Origin: a virus
Length of the DNA stretch: 64,000 nucleotides
Virus record (IMG/VR): IMGVR_UViG_3300020204_000022
Span: 8,555 to 72,554 of that record
Reading direction: 5' to 3' (one strand)
The position numbers and the translations under genes are program-made. Position 1 is the first letter of the stretch; the number at the start of each line of letters is the position of its first letter. Under the pieces are notes generated by a model. It did no database searches. It had not been told where the DNA came from and saw only the letters and a program-made list of their open reading frames with translations. Shown piece by piece: positions 9,980 through 21,237 of the stretch.

Positions 9980-12502
9980 ATGGCATACACCACAACTTCT
10001 AAATACATACAGCTAACTCCTTATCTGGTGTTGGAATACATGTATGCTGCTCAACCAAATCCACAAACTTACAATGTTAACACCGGGGGAGGAAATCCGA
10101 CAGTGGGATTCAACAAGTTGATTAATGGGATTTTAGAATACAAAGGATCACCGACCAACGAAGTTCAAATTTTCAATTTGAACCAAAATTATGTCACAAC
10201 ACAAAACACCGCCCTGAACAATGTGGTAAAAACTTCGGAAAATTCTTTTATACCTCTAAATCCTAATTTGATTGTTCCTTACAACGATTTTAATCCCAAG
10301 CTGACACCTACCGCCAACCTGGAAATTTCTTTTCCAGATAATATTTCAGTTGTATACGACACGGTGAGATATCACATTTTGCAAGGATATAATTTGGAAA
10401 ACATAGATGGTCTAATCATATCCATATCCTATTTGGATCAGGATTTATCCTATGTTACTTTCTCGCAAATTGAGATAAGCTCGGGTACAGCACAAAATTA
10501 CACCTTAGATCCCAACCCTTTAACAATAGGTTCAAATATTTACGACAAATATTTTCAAATTTTAGTTCCATCTTTGGTTGACATGAACAACCAATATGCA
10601 GCAGCCTCTTATCCAAATAAACCGAACACACTAGCTGGAAAAACATCGAGAAGTGGAAGGGGCTATGTTACCGGTTCACCCATGAGAATTTCGGTGTGGC
10701 AAATAGATGATACAACACAAGTCAATGGATATGATCAATATGGATCCACTTTATATGCAACTTTATCTTTGGAATCGGAGGATCCATTTTTCAACGTTGG
10801 GGCTTACATAGGTTCTGCCCGGAACGGCGATTATTTCGAATACTTCGCCACTGATTCGGGTGGATTCATCGAAAATTTCATTCTTTTTCAAAATTCTATC
10901 GGTAACCAATATTATATCGATCATAAAGTTGAAACTTTGGAACAAATTGGTGCATCTTTTATTGTTACCAACAATTTTTCAACCATACAAACTACTGCAT
11001 TTGATGTTCCCCTTCTGTATAGACCCATTGTTAGATACCCATCCGTTGCATCAGGATTTACCTTGAGTTACACAATGACCTTGGTTAATTCGGTTGATCA
11101 GTCACGACTGGTAAGAAATGCCTCTTTCACTTCTTTGGATACTGGTAGATATGGACCAGAAATTGCACCACTTCAACTTTCAGTTTTTCCTCAAACCCAA
11201 AAAATTTACAATAAACTAGCAAATCAGTCCTCAATTTCGGTTCCCGCCAACACTCTTGTTCCAAGAGAAACTATCAAATATCAAAATGTTTTTGTTGAAA
11301 ATAACACGGTGAATTTGACTATGTCCAATTTATCCGTGAAAGGATTCACAATCGACCAGGCAGACGGGGGGGTTACTCAAACAATATCCTATGGGCTAGG
11401 ACAGGCTTACATTCGTATTTCTCCGTTTGATAATTTCTACAAGTTCACTTTTTACAAAAGAAATGCAAACGGAACTATGGATTTGTTAGATCTCACTTCC
11501 TCTGGAACCTTCAAGTTGGTTTTCATCGACAACAAGAACAATAAATTATTTGCCCCTTCAATAGTTGGAAATAATTTGGCAAATGCTGCAAAGGGTGAAC
11601 TAGCATTCAAGGTAGATGAAAGTTTGGCAAATCAAATTTTAACCTTCACCAACCGAAGATTTTATGTTTCTAACCAGCCAGTGGTTGCCCAAAGTAGTAA
11701 AGAAAGTCAAACTCCTCTTTTTTCTAAACTGTCATCTGTGAAGGAAAGATTTGCCAAGAAATCCCTTTCTGCCTCTGATTCTATACAAGACATTCAATTG
11801 GCTGGTCGAGGTTCAACAAAAGATAACTCGCAAGGAACAGCAAGAATTTCCGGGTCTTCCTCTTCTGTTCTATATTATGGAAATTGGTTGAAGGATAACG
11901 AGCCTATCCCTGCTTTATTTTCTTCCTTTGATACTTCAGGGTCTTCTACTCCTATCGTACCATCTCCATCTTCTTTCCAAACCTCAGGAAGTAAATTGAC
12001 ACCAATACAAAGTTATTGGCAACAGTTTCAAAGTTCTCAGGCGGGAGCGACCGGAATCTCTGGTATTTCATCTGGCGGGGTACAGCCTGCAAGAGCCCTG
12101 GATATTATGGGTATAGCAGCATTCAAAGCGGCTATAGCTTCCGATGTTCAGGGAAAGGTTGATTCTGGATGGGCATCTTCCCAAATTATCGATTATTTTC
12201 TAAATCCTTCTTCCGTAGGATTTAAATTGTATTCCGGAATTACGAAACAAATATTTACAGATGCCGTATCTGGACTTTTTGGATCTTACGGAGTATCTGG
12301 TCAGCTATTCATGGATGAATTAGCTGCATATGGAAACACCCAAGGCGGTTTGGACACCGGAGGTCCTGCCGCTCAAGGAGGAAGCAATGCAAATCAAAGC
12401 GGATCTGATTCGGGAAGTCCAAATCGTCCAACTTTTCCTTCTGGTGGAGGTAGCACAAACACAAGACCACCTTCTGGTGGATATAGACCAAGAGGAAATT
12501 GA
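9980..12502 (+). CDS. Large phage virion structural protein
   Basis: 840 aa ORF with Ser/Gly/Pro-rich C-terminus, between fibre genes and a tail-tube-like gene. Confidence 0.6.
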   Translation: MAYTTTSKYIQLTPYLVLEYMYAAQPNPQTYNVNTGGGNPTVGFNKLINGILEYKGSPTNEVQIFNLNQNYVTTQNTALNNVVKTSENSFIPLNPNLIVPYNDFNPKLTPTANLEISFPDNISVVYDTVRYHILQGYNLENIDGLIISISYLDQDLSYVTFSQIEISSGTAQNYTLDPNPLTIGSNIYDKYFQILVPSLVDMNNQYAAASYPNKPNTLAGKTSRSGRGYVTGSPMRISVWQIDDTTQVNGYDQYGSTLYATLSLESEDPFFNVGAYIGSARNGDYFEYFATDSGGFIENFILFQNSIGNQYYIDHKVETLEQIGASFIVTNNFSTIQTTAFDVPLLYRPIVRYPSVASGFTLSYTMTLVNSVDQSRLVRNASFTSLDTGRYGPEIAPLQLSVFPQTQKIYNKLANQSSISVPANTLVPRETIKYQNVFVENNTVNLTMSNLSVKGFTIDQADGGVTQTISYGLGQAYIRISPFDNFYKFTFYKRNANGTMDLLDLTSSGTFKLVFIDNKNNKLFAPSIVGNNLANAAKGELAFKVDESLANQILTFTNRRFYVSNQPVVAQSSKESQTPLFSKLSSVKERFAKKSLSASDSIQDIQLAGRGSTKDNSQGTARISGSSSSVLYYGNWLKDNEPIPALFSSFDTSGSSTPIVPSPSSFQTSGSKLTPIQSYWQQFQSSQAGATGISGISSGGVQPARALDIMGIAAFKAAIASDVQGKVDSGWASSQIIDYFLNPSSVGFKLYSGITKQIFTDAVSGLFGSYGVSGQLFMDELAAYGNTQGGLDTGGPAAQGGSNANQSGSDSGSPNRPTFPSGGGSTNTRPPSGGYRPRGN

Positions 12503-12521
12503 TAAAAATGATTTTGATTGA

Positions 12522-13079
12522 ATGGCAATTTTAAACGCAAGATCCAATTCTTTTTATTTCAATTTTCCGAAGGGTTTTTTTCCACTTTCCGTGGAAAATA
12601 GATGGATAGATTATTTGAAAAAACAACCAACTCCTTACGACACAATCACTTCTTACATGAACAGCAGCATACAATCGGTGGGATTTCCTACTTTGACTGC
12701 CGGACTAGTTTCACAAACAAAAAATCTAGGAAAGGAAATCAATTATCAAAGTGCCACTCCCGTTCAGGATCTTTTCTCTAGGGATTTTGATGTCACATTT
12801 AGAATTGGTGAGGGATTTTCGAATTATTTTATCATGTTGGAAACAGTTCTCGATAAATTAGCATTTCAAAATGATAACATTTTCACCCCTGTTTTACCAT
12901 TAAGAATTTTAAATAATGAGGGGGGAATTGTTGTTTCTGTTCTTTTCAAAGAGGTTACTCTAACCGGGGTTGGAACAATAAACCTAAATTACACGAATAA
13001 CTCCCCTTCTGTTAACACTTTTACGGTTGGATTTAAATGTAATTATTTGAGTTTTGATTACGAGGTTTCTAGAACCTAG
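12522..13079 (+). CDS. Possible tail tube-like protein
   Basis: 185 aa; size and position, plus compact beta-rich sequence ([25 protein letters not shown]). No firm motif. Confidence 0.4.
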   Translation: MAILNARSNSFYFNFPKGFFPLSVENRWIDYLKKQPTPYDTITSYMNSSIQSVGFPTLTAGLVSQTKNLGKEINYQSATPVQDLFSRDFDVTFRIGEGFSNYFIMLETVLDKLAFQNDNIFTPVLPLRILNNEGGIVVSVLFKEVTLTGVGTINLNYTNNSPSVNTFTVGFKCNYLSFDYEVSRT

Positions 13080-13082
13080 ATA

Positions 13083-13090
13083 GATATATA
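13083..13090 (+). promoter_or_regulatory. Late-promoter-like GATATATA box
   Basis: Exact GATATATA, 23 nt upstream of ATG 13106. Confidence 0.5.
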
Positions 13091-13105
13091 GAAAAAAAAC
13101 ATCGA

Positions 13106-16100
13106 ATGTCAACATCGAGACCATTTGCCTATAATGCCGGTGGAACAGGAAATAGGATTCCAGGAACTTTACAAATAGGAACTTTGTCCGTTGGTGGTAC
13201 GGCAGACGCATACACTTATCAATCCCCAGGTGGTTTGAAATGGTGGAACGGGCCGGACGAGGAATTAGGTTGGATATTAGCCAACCCTGTTCCTTCAGAA
13301 ACTCAGCCTACCATTGTGGTGTTGGGCCCTAAAATAAATCCTAAAGGTTGGTCTATCGATACAGACAATACTACTTATCCCGAGGGAATAACAGGAGAGA
13401 TTACGGGTCCAGGTCAGACTGCGGATGGATTTATTTATTATGACGTGCGAATTACGGGATCTTCGGCTGGAGATGGGCAGGCAAAAATTGTTCTTGCCAC
13501 CAATCCTTCTCCGGTTTCTGCTTCTTCTGGACAGAAATGGACCCTTACGGCCACTTTATCTTTGCAATCCGGAACTCTTCCTTTGAATAATAGTGTTTTT
13601 GTTGAGCTCCAAGAGATGAGCAATGCTACAGAAGGACCATCCTCCCAATCACTTGCGAACAAAGTTTCAAATTCAAACCTACAACAACCTGTAGAATATT
13701 ATGTTATTAGGCAGCTCACCGGAGTTTCAACAAATGCAATCAGAGGGGAAATTTCGATTTCCTTGCCTGCATTCGACGAATGCGATTTCACAATTAGAAT
13801 TGCAGCACCAACATTTGGCTTATCTGTGTTAGCGGGGGTTGGATTCAACCAGGCATCCACTTATTCTGAATTCATATCCCTGCTCGAGAGATCAACCGGT
13901 CAAGTTTTCGGAGACAATGGTGACGCAGCCGTTCTGTACATGAATTCCAACAATTTGTGGTCCACATATAATCCAGCACAACAAGAAAATTTAATTGTTT
14001 CATTGGATGCTGCCAATTACTCTTCTTATCCCCAAGCCGGTTCAACCTGGTTTAATTTGGTTGCTGACCAACAGGGGATTCCTTCGGCAAGTTTAGTTAA
14101 TTCTCCATCTTGGTCTTCTGAAAATGGAGGGCAATTTAGATTCACTGATTCATCTAATCAAAAAGCCTTTTTAAATTCCACAATTGAATCTACTGAGGGA
14201 TGGAGTTTGGAATCTTGGTTTTATCTGGAAACCGATTTGCAAGGAAAGAATACTTCATTAATAACATCATGGGAACTTGGTGATGATGTGCCTTTCCAGC
14301 TGGGAACTTGTGTAAATCACCCTGGTGAACATACTGGAACGTTAGATGTAGGTATAAGAGTGGAAAATGTGTGGTATACCTCCGCGTCCAATTTTACTCC
14401 CGAAACTGGAAGGTGGTATCATGTGGTTGGAACATTTGATGGATTCACTCTCAGACTTTTTGTAGATGGAGTTCAACAGAATGTTAATGTTGTTCCAAAT
14501 GAAACGGAATTTTCCCTGTTTGAAACTAAAGTTAATATAGGTTCTGACGCTTCCCAATCATCTGCAGACCCTGCAAATTATTTGAATGGAAAAATCGCTT
14601 TGACTAGAATTTATGGTAGGGCTTTGACGCCAGAAGCTGTTTTGGAAAACTTCAATGCCAACACAATTCGTTTTTCTAATTTGGTTCTTTCCTCGTATGT
14701 TGATTCTGGGTCTATAATTTTCACCTATACTTTGCAGGATATTGTTCCGCAGAAAGCCAACATAGAGGTAAACTTCAAACACCAAATGACTTTAAGTGGA
14801 AATCCTCTCGAGATTACATCCACTTTGATTTTGTATGCCGGACAAACTAGTGCATCGATCAGATATGAAGCCAACTGGGATGGGGCTACCGCTGGGAATT
14901 TATCAAATGCCGGTACTTTATCCGTTCTATCTATAACTTCCAACGAGCAAATTGTGTACACGGTTGATGCATTAAACGCAACCACAGATGCAGCTCCAAC
15001 ACCTCCCGCGGGTCTTCCTTATGCTTCTCCTATTTTAGTTTCACAGACACCCACTCCCTATGCAACTCCTACACCAACACCAACAACTTGTTCTAATCCA
15101 ACCACCTGTTTTGCCTGGACTTACTCTAACGTGAGTAATGCAACTGTAAGTGTTGTTGGATGTGATTGTTCGCAAACGATCGAAAATATTGAAATAGACG
15201 AGGCCGACACGGTTACTTTTTATTCTCCTTTTCAGCCAACTTTTTCGTCGGGAACTTATGGAGAAAATACCAGCACAACCCCAGCTAATAATTTTGGATA
15301 TTTTCCAGAAAATGCTGATAACAGATTATGTGCGTGGATTTGGACTAGACCAGATCAGGGAAGACAGGGAAGACTTTACTATACCTCCGGAACCGGGGTT
15401 CAAACTTTTAATATTAATATACAGCCGGGACAAGTACGTCAAATTTGTTATTCTTATCTCGTTTATTCCAGTGACCTTTATATTTATCCCGGAAATTCCG
15501 CAACTCCTTCTTGGTCGCAGGGAAATATTCTTCGATGCTCAAACTTTGCAACGACACAATGTGGTCTGAATTGTAATTGTTATAAGTGGGATACCACATC
15601 AACAGGACCAGTGATGGGAGCATCTGCCCCCTTCATAGTCTATTATACGTCATGTAACAACGAAGACACCACATTGTATTCTCAGGTAATCGATAAAGAT
15701 ACTCAAGGATCAATTTGTTCCTATGCCTTGCTTCGGATGGAACAACCAGATGGGGGAGGAGCACCAGTCCCATTCGAATATGCTTTCACCAATGCAGTTA
15801 ATACCAATCCCACTTTCCCCGCAGGTGGAAGTGGAGCCCAGGGATTCAACATAAATGCTTCACCGTGTAATGAAGAGTATTATGCCTCATATCCAGTTTC
15901 CCCGTCGAACATTTACAGTATTTCTGCTTCAACCCTGGCTGCAACTGGAGGGATGATCGACTTCCAAATTAGATTCAGCGTAAATGGTTCTTTCCCAACA
16001 ACAGTTAGTTCGAACACAAATCGAATTGAGATACAATTCTCAACAGCAACTCCTGGAACTTTGGGAGGTTTTTGTACAGGCCAAACTGTTGGGAATGCAA

Positions 16101-18037
16101 TTTGGGTTCTTATTGGAACAGGAAATGATTACCAAGGTCTAGATGTTTGGTATAATTTCAAGGTTACATCAATATCGTCAGACTCAGTAGGAGGTGTATC
16201 TACCAAATACACGTTTGGGGTTGATTTTATGTCTTCATCTGAAGCCCAACAATCATCAAGAAATGTTGCGGGAATAACAATAACATCTGGATTAACCACA
16301 AACCTTGGAAATTTAACTGGATGGGATTTTTTAACTTGGGATGAACCAAATTCAAACGTTGATCCAGGATATATTACTTCTTTTTCAGGAGGATCATGGA
16401 ACGTTTTTGACAGATTGACACCGCAAATTTGGATTAACCCCCAAACTACAGACGAAGGAGATGCCATACAAAGTCAATTTCAACTTAGAGATTATATCTG
16501 GCTAAGATGGGAAAGTGGAGGAGATTATAATTACCAATTATTGAGAATTTGGCGTGACACACCTCCACGAAATCCTTCTACTCAAGTCACCGAATATTTT
16601 ACTCAGTATCAGTTTGGCCCAGTAGCAGGAATTGTCCCGGAAACTACTGTTACTCTTCTTCCTGCAGGAGTTCCCTACTGGGATACAGTTTGTCAATCAA
16701 GCTTTGAGCCTTCTCCAACTCCTATAAGAGTAACGCCTACACCAACTCTTACCCCGCTTGATAGAACTTGTAATTGTTGGAAGGTTGATGTTACTCCTGG
16801 TACAGATGTTAGAATACAATACATGGATTGTATAACTGGTCAAACCATAAATTTGAATGCCCGAAGATATCCGACGATGATCTGCGCTAATGGATCTTGG
16901 ACACCTCCCACAATAACCGGTGTTAGTTTTAGTCAAACCTGTTCCAATTGTTGTTTAAACAATGGAGACTGTAGACCTCCAGCTCCAACCCCATCTAACA
17001 CCCCCACAATTTCTTTAACCCCGACAAATACACCAACATGTACCCCGACCAGCACCGAATTTGTGCCATTATCATCAACACCTACAGAAACACCCACACC
17101 AACTCCTACGCCTACTCAAACCAGTACTAATACGCCGACTCCTACCCAAACCCCGACAGTAACTCCTACCCAAACTCCAACTGGAACTCCAACTGGAACT
17201 CCAACTGGAACTCCAACTGGAACTCCAACTGGAACTCCAACCCCAACACCATCTCAATCTTTCGTGTTCACCTGTGGTACTTCTACTGTTTCTGATATAG
17301 ATGGCAATGTGTACCAAACCGTTCTTCTAGGGTCTGCTTGTTGGATGAAATCAAATCTTAGAACTTCTAGATACAATGACGGAACACCTATCGCATATGT
17401 TGCTCCAGCATCCTGGAATATAACCACCATTACCCCTCAGTACACATCAGCGAGCGGTACTGGTGGAACAGAGAGAGAAGGGAATTTTTACAATTGGTAT
17501 GCTCTTACCGGGCCTTCTGGGCAAACCCCCGGTCAAAGTATATGTCCATCCGGTTGGAGAGTTGCTACACTGTCAGATTTCAACACCATGTTTGCTTATT
17601 TCGGGAATGGCGGAACCGGTAGTGCAAGTATCCCTCAGGCTGAGAGATATGCTTATACAAATGCTCCCGGTGTCACGTTTACGACTAACAACCCCCTTAT
17701 ACAAGCTACGTTTGGATATCAAAATTTTAGGCCTAGTCCCCAGTCGACTTGTGCTGGGCTATGGGATTATGTTGATGGGTACGGAACCGCGCAACAATCA
17801 GGTAACATATTCACCTGTGGAAATACAGATTTTTCTTCTCAGGTTACAGGAGCTATCACCCAAAACGGTACAATATTCGGGCCTTTTTGGAGTGATTACC
17901 ATTGGACCTTCGACGGGGAATATCCAAACAACAATCAAGATAGAGCTGTTTTTGCGGGATGGCATGACGACAACAACATCTATTATTTTGCCGCTGGTCC
18001 AGGTTACGGAGGCACTTGTAGATGTGTTAAAATATAA
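13106..18037 (+). CDS. Giant modular adhesin/receptor-binding protein: LamG/concanavalin-like domain, Thr-Pro stalk, C-terminal FISUMP-like (Fibrobacter succinogenes major paralogous) domain
   Basis: 1643 aa. LamG-like [11 protein letters not shown]...[22 protein letters not shown]; [17 protein letters not shown] linker; [33 protein letters not shown]...FYNWYAL...[13 protein letters not shown]. Confidence 0.75.
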   Translation: MSTSRPFAYNAGGTGNRIPGTLQIGTLSVGGTADAYTYQSPGGLKWWNGPDEELGWILANPVPSETQPTIVVLGPKINPKGWSIDTDNTTYPEGITGEITGPGQTADGFIYYDVRITGSSAGDGQAKIVLATNPSPVSASSGQKWTLTATLSLQSGTLPLNNSVFVELQEMSNATEGPSSQSLANKVSNSNLQQPVEYYVIRQLTGVSTNAIRGEISISLPAFDECDFTIRIAAPTFGLSVLAGVGFNQASTYSEFISLLERSTGQVFGDNGDAAVLYMNSNNLWSTYNPAQQENLIVSLDAANYSSYPQAGSTWFNLVADQQGIPSASLVNSPSWSSENGGQFRFTDSSNQKAFLNSTIESTEGWSLESWFYLETDLQGKNTSLITSWELGDDVPFQLGTCVNHPGEHTGTLDVGIRVENVWYTSASNFTPETGRWYHVVGTFDGFTLRLFVDGVQQNVNVVPNETEFSLFETKVNIGSDASQSSADPANYLNGKIALTRIYGRALTPEAVLENFNANTIRFSNLVLSSYVDSGSIIFTYTLQDIVPQKANIEVNFKHQMTLSGNPLEITSTLILYAGQTSASIRYEANWDGATAGNLSNAGTLSVLSITSNEQIVYTVDALNATTDAAPTPPAGLPYASPILVSQTPTPYATPTPTPTTCSNPTTCFAWTYSNVSNATVSVVGCDCSQTIENIEIDEADTVTFYSPFQPTFSSGTYGENTSTTPANNFGYFPENADNRLCAWIWTRPDQGRQGRLYYTSGTGVQTFNINIQPGQVRQICYSYLVYSSDLYIYPGNSATPSWSQGNILRCSNFATTQCGLNCNCYKWDTTSTGPVMGASAPFIVYYTSCNNEDTTLYSQVIDKDTQGSICSYALLRMEQPDGGGAPVPFEYAFTNAVNTNPTFPAGGSGAQGFNINASPCNEEYYASYPVSPSNIYSISASTLAATGGMIDFQIRFSVNGSFPTTVSSNTNRIEIQFSTATPGTLGGFCTGQTVGNAIWVLIGTGNDYQGLDVWYNFKVTSISSDSVGGVSTKYTFGVDFMSSSEAQQSSRNVAGITITSGLTTNLGNLTGWDFLTWDEPNSNVDPGYITSFSGGSWNVFDRLTPQIWINPQTTDEGDAIQSQFQLRDYIWLRWESGGDYNYQLLRIWRDTPPRNPSTQVTEYFTQYQFGPVAGIVPETTVTLLPAGVPYWDTVCQSSFEPSPTPIRVTPTPTLTPLDRTCNCWKVDVTPGTDVRIQYMDCITGQTINLNARRYPTMICANGSWTPPTITGVSFSQTCSNCCLNNGDCRPPAPTPSNTPTISLTPTNTPTCTPTSTEFVPLSSTPTETPTPTPTPTQTSTNTPTPTQTPTVTPTQTPTGTPTGTPTGTPTGTPTGTPTPTPSQSFVFTCGTSTVSDIDGNVYQTVLLGSACWMKSNLRTSRYNDGTPIAYVAPASWNITTITPQYTSASGTGGTEREGNFYNWYALTGPSGQTPGQSICPSGWRVATLSDFNTMFAYFGNGGTGSASIPQAERYAYTNAPGVTFTTNNPLIQATFGYQNFRPSPQSTCAGLWDYVDGYGTAQQSGNIFTCGNTDFSSQVTGAITQNGTIFGPFWSDYHWTFDGEYPNNNQDRAVFAGWHDDNNIYYFAAGPGYGGTCRCVKI
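17172..17242 (+). repeat. 12-nt tandem repeat (ACTCCAACTGGA) encoding TPTG units
   Basis: Near-perfect consecutive copies of ACTCCAACTGGA inside the adhesin stalk. Confidence 0.85.
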
Positions 18038-18047
18038 AAAAAATATC

Positions 18048-18293
18048 ATGAAAAAATTCTCAGAACTGACAAAGATAAACGAAATGAAGTATGGACAGCC
18101 CATGTACGGTGAAAACGACTTCAAACAACATCGTAAAAATTTGCTGGTTGCTGCCTCTGGCAACGATCAGCGGGTTTTAAATGATATTGTCGATTGTTTA
18201 ACAGACGAACAGATGGAAAAGTGCTACTCCAAACTTCTCAAGGTTTATAATTACACGGGAAAAGTTGGAGAGGCAGTACCTCCTACTGTCTAA
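18048..18293 (+). CDS. Small protein with capsid-targeting-like leader MKKFSELTKINE|MKYG
   Basis: In-frame ATG at 18048 inside the longer listed ORF 17463..18293, directly after the adhesin stop; 81 aa. Confidence 0.7.
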   Translation: MKKFSELTKINEMKYGQPMYGENDFKQHRKNLLVAASGNDQRVLNDIVDCLTDEQMEKCYSKLLKVYNYTGKVGEAVPPTV

Positions 18294-18306
18294 TTTTTGT
18301 CGAAGG

Positions 18307-18636
18307 ATGTTGGGTTTGATTGATATCCAATATGGATTTGATCCCTCCGGCAATCCCTTGTCTTTTGCTTTAAATCCAAAACATGTGGGATCGGTTTATA
18401 CGGGTCCTACTGGATTTTACATTTTTCTGAACGCGGTGAATACCAATATTTCACTAAATGATAAAAATTATTCCACCAAAATTTTTTTTAATTCCCCCAA
18501 TTCGAATGTCGCACAGTCGATGGAGAACGAGTGGATTTCTGCAACAAATTCTTTGATTGTAGAACCTCAGATTGTGAAATTAAATTTTTCCTCTCAGGGG
18601 TGTACATTCGAACAAACAATTGTTTTTTCTCCGTGA
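18307..18636 (+). CDS. Hypothetical protein (start could be 18265)
   Basis: MLGLIDIQYGFDPSGNPLSFALNPKHVGSVYTGPTGFYIFLN; stop overlaps the next GTG start. Confidence 0.55.
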   Translation: MLGLIDIQYGFDPSGNPLSFALNPKHVGSVYTGPTGFYIFLNAVNTNISLNDKNYSTKIFFNSPNSNVAQSMENEWISATNSLIVEPQIVKLNFSSQGCTFEQTIVFSP

Positions 18637-18962
18637 AAAAAATTATTATTTGTTACACGGCGGCACAAACCGCCCGAAAGTTAATTTTTTCTTCGAACGA
18701 TTTAACCCAATGTTTTGCTGCCCGGGATAATTGTATTTTGTATTTTAATACGATTTTCTCGTTGGAAGTATTGGACCCAGATTTTAAATATTACGGTACA
18801 TACGTACAATTCACGAAAATGAATCAAGGTTACAATTTATATTTTCAAATTTTACAATCTTTGTCGGGGATTTTCACGGACCCAAAAAAACCGGAAGCAA
18901 TTTTAGATTTTACTTCCGATGATGAGGTTGGATTATCGATCGGAAATATGGTTTCATTTTAA
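18633..18962 (+). CDS. Hypothetical protein, GTG start
   Basis: GTGA overlap (18633-18636) with the upstream stop; the listed upstream ATG 18531 would overlap the previous gene by more than 100 nt. Confidence 0.55.
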   Translation: MKKIIICYTAAQTARKLIFSSNDLTQCFAARDNCILYFNTIFSLEVLDPDFKYYGTYVQFTKMNQGYNLYFQILQSLSGIFTDPKKPEAILDFTSDDEVGLSIGNMVSF

Positions 18963-18995
18963 ATTCGAATATATAAATTCTAAAAATTCAAATTT

Positions 18996-19676
18996 ATGAC
19001 TTATCTTGGGATAGATTTTTCCCTAAATTCTCCATCTTGTTGTGTTTTGAATCAAAATAAATTTTTTTGGGTTAGCGTTACCCGATCTGATAAAAATTTA
19101 AAATCCTTGTCAAAATCTGCAGATAAACCCTATGCAGTTTTATCGAAATTTGAAAATTTCGAATTAGATGTTTTGGAAAAAAGGGTAATGCCAGATGATT
19201 ATTCCGAAAAGGAAAGAGTTAAAATTGATTATTTTTTAGAACTTGTTGATTTTTTCTGGGAAAAAATAAAAAATCACGTTGAATCCGGCCAAACAAAAAT
19301 TGCAATGGAGGGATTAAGTTTCGCGTCCAATGGTAATGCCTTGATTGATATTTCAATGGCAACCTCCTTGATGAGAGAAAGAATTGTGAAAAATATTGGA
19401 AGTGATAATTTCCACGTTTTTTCTCCAACTGCTGTTAAAAAATTTGCATTCAAAGGAAACGCCAAGAAGGATGAACTTTATCTTTCATTGTGTGGGCATG
19501 AACTTCCAGAAACAAATTTGAACGAATTCACTAAAACCCTTCGAATGTATCAATCCCAATGGATAACCCCGGCTAAAAGTGTAAATAAACCAGTGGATGA
19601 TCTGGTTGACGCCACCTGGATTTGTCTGAAGTTATTTCAGGACATGAAATCAGTAAAATCAAACGATGAAATTTAA
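18996..19676 (+). CDS. RuvC/RNase H-fold Holliday-junction resolvase-like nuclease
   Basis: YLGIDFSLNSPSCCVL, KIAMEGLSFAS and DDLVDATWIC acidic motifs. Confidence 0.65.
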   Translation: MTYLGIDFSLNSPSCCVLNQNKFFWVSVTRSDKNLKSLSKSADKPYAVLSKFENFELDVLEKRVMPDDYSEKERVKIDYFLELVDFFWEKIKNHVESGQTKIAMEGLSFASNGNALIDISMATSLMRERIVKNIGSDNFHVFSPTAVKKFAFKGNAKKDELYLSLCGHELPETNLNEFTKTLRMYQSQWITPAKSVNKPVDDLVDATWICLKLFQDMKSVKSNDEI

Positions 19677-20130
19677 ATTCATTTCTCATCGGGGAAATTT
19701 GGCAGGACCGATGCCAGAATTCGAAAATAGACCAGATTATATTGACAATGCTTTGGATCTTGGATTTGATGTCGAGGTAGATCTATGGTCCTATGATAAT
19801 AAATTTTTCTTGGGCCATGATGAGGGAAAACATTCGGTTGATTTGGGCTGGCTGATTCAAAGAGAAAAAGGATTGTGGATTCACGTTAAAAACGAGGACG
19901 CCTTGATTCAAATGATGAAAACGGACTTGCACTATTTCTGTCACGAATCCGATCTGGCAACCTTGACCAGCCGTGGGTTTGTTTGGGTTTATCCAGGAAG
20001 ACAGCCCATCCCCGGCTCAATCGCAGTTTTGCCGGAGGTTCATCACGATCCAATCGATTCATGTCATGGAATATGTTCGGATCTTATAGCCGAATACAAA
20101 TTAAAAAAAGAAAAAAATAAGGATATATAA
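19666..20130 (+). CDS. GDPD-like (glycerophosphodiester phosphodiesterase family) protein
   Basis: ISHRGN...PENRPDYIDNALDLGFDVEVDLW...FLGHDE. Confidence 0.6.
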   Translation: MKFKFISHRGNLAGPMPEFENRPDYIDNALDLGFDVEVDLWSYDNKFFLGHDEGKHSVDLGWLIQREKGLWIHVKNEDALIQMMKTDLHYFCHESDLATLTSRGFVWVYPGRQPIPGSIAVLPEVHHDPIDSCHGICSDLIAEYKLKKEKNKDI

Positions 20131-20198
20131 GAAAATTAAAGGAAACTTTTCATTTTGAACGCAATTAAACACACAAATAAAAAAAAACTTAAAAAATT

Positions 20199-21179
20199 AT
20201 GAGCAACTTGGACATCTTCAATTTAGATTTGGAAAATTTTGTAACAAAAACAAATGAGAAAGGAGGTAAGGAATCTGAATTCTACAAGCCCTACCCCGAA
20301 AATGGAAAAGATGGAGTTTACAAGGCACTGGTGAGATTCGTTCCGAATATCTCGGATCCTGCTAAATCCAAAATCCACAAGTACTACGTGTATCTGACCG
20401 ATCCCTCCACAGGTGATGGATTTTCGGTCGACTGCCCATCAACGGTGGGAAAAAAATCAATTTTAAAAGACATCTTTTGGAAATTGAAGAATTCTCATTC
20501 GGCAGCAGATCAAGAATTGGCAAAAGGATTCGGCCGCAAGGAAGATTACTATGCCTTGATTCAAATTGTACAGGACAAAAACAATCCTGACTTGGAAGGC
20601 AAAATTATGATTTTCAAATTTGGTAAGAAGCTCAACGAAATGTTGGAAGCCCAGTTAAAACCAGAATATGGAGATCCTTGTAATCCATTCGATCTTTTTA
20701 GCGGAAAACTTTTTTCTATCCAATCCCGTAAAGTTGGCGAATGGAACAACTACGATCTCTGTTCTTTCGTCGGAGATAAATGTGCCATTGAAATTGACGG
20801 AAAGAAAATGAAGAAAAATCAGGAAGACATGGGGGCAATCACCGCCTATTTGGAATCTGGACCTTCGAATCTCACAGCCTTCGAGTACAAAGATTGGGAC
20901 GATGATTTGACCGAAAAAGTAATGGCGGTTGTTCGAAACACAGTTCCAGACGGAAGATTGGTTAATGAAATTTTAGGAGGAGTTAATAAATCTACTCATT
21001 CCCCCTCTAGGTCAGAGATCCCTGCCCAATCATCTTCTTTGTACGAAGAAGCAACTTCAACCAGAGTAGGTTCAGTTCCGGACGAAGAACCGGCAGCAAA
21101 GGCATCAAAGGCAGGTCTGAAAAGACCAGCAGCACCGACAAATGCTTCTTCTTTGGATGACCTATACGCAGATCTTTAA
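20199..21179 (+). CDS. Single-stranded DNA-binding protein, T4 gp32-like
   Basis: Basic/aromatic OB-like core (YKALVRFVPNISDPAKSKIHKYYVYLTDP..) and acidic C-terminal tail SSLDDLYADL; adjacent to replication genes. Confidence 0.75.
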   Translation: MSNLDIFNLDLENFVTKTNEKGGKESEFYKPYPENGKDGVYKALVRFVPNISDPAKSKIHKYYVYLTDPSTGDGFSVDCPSTVGKKSILKDIFWKLKNSHSAADQELAKGFGRKEDYYALIQIVQDKNNPDLEGKIMIFKFGKKLNEMLEAQLKPEYGDPCNPFDLFSGKLFSIQSRKVGEWNNYDLCSFVGDKCAIEIDGKKMKKNQEDMGAITAYLESGPSNLTAFEYKDWDDDLTEKVMAVVRNTVPDGRLVNEILGGVNKSTHSPSRSEIPAQSSSLYEEATSTRVGSVPDEEPAAKASKAGLKRPAAPTNASSLDDLYADL

Positions 21180-21203
21180 TTCGCATGCTTAAATTAAAAC
21201 CAC

Positions 21204-21229
21204 AAGGGGAGGGAAACCTCCCCTTTTTT
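21204..21229 (+). terminator. Rho-independent terminator
   Basis: AAGGGGAGG-GAAA-CCTCCCCTT, perfect 9-bp stem followed by a T run, just after the SSB gene. Confidence 0.9.
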
Positions 21230-21237
21230 GTCAAACT

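Noticed and set aside
17172-17242. CRISPR-like repeat array
   Set aside because: Period of 12 nt without spacers, in-frame within a protein stalk. No direct-repeat/spacer architecture was seen elsewhere either.
17075-17317. Antisense ORF with WSSSWSSSW repeats
   Set aside because: It is the reverse complement of the Thr-Pro stalk 12-nt repeats; a coding artefact.
17463-18047. N-terminal extension of listed ORF 17463..18293
   Set aside because: Overlaps the adhesin C-terminal domain in another frame; the true start is ATG 18048 with a leader motif.
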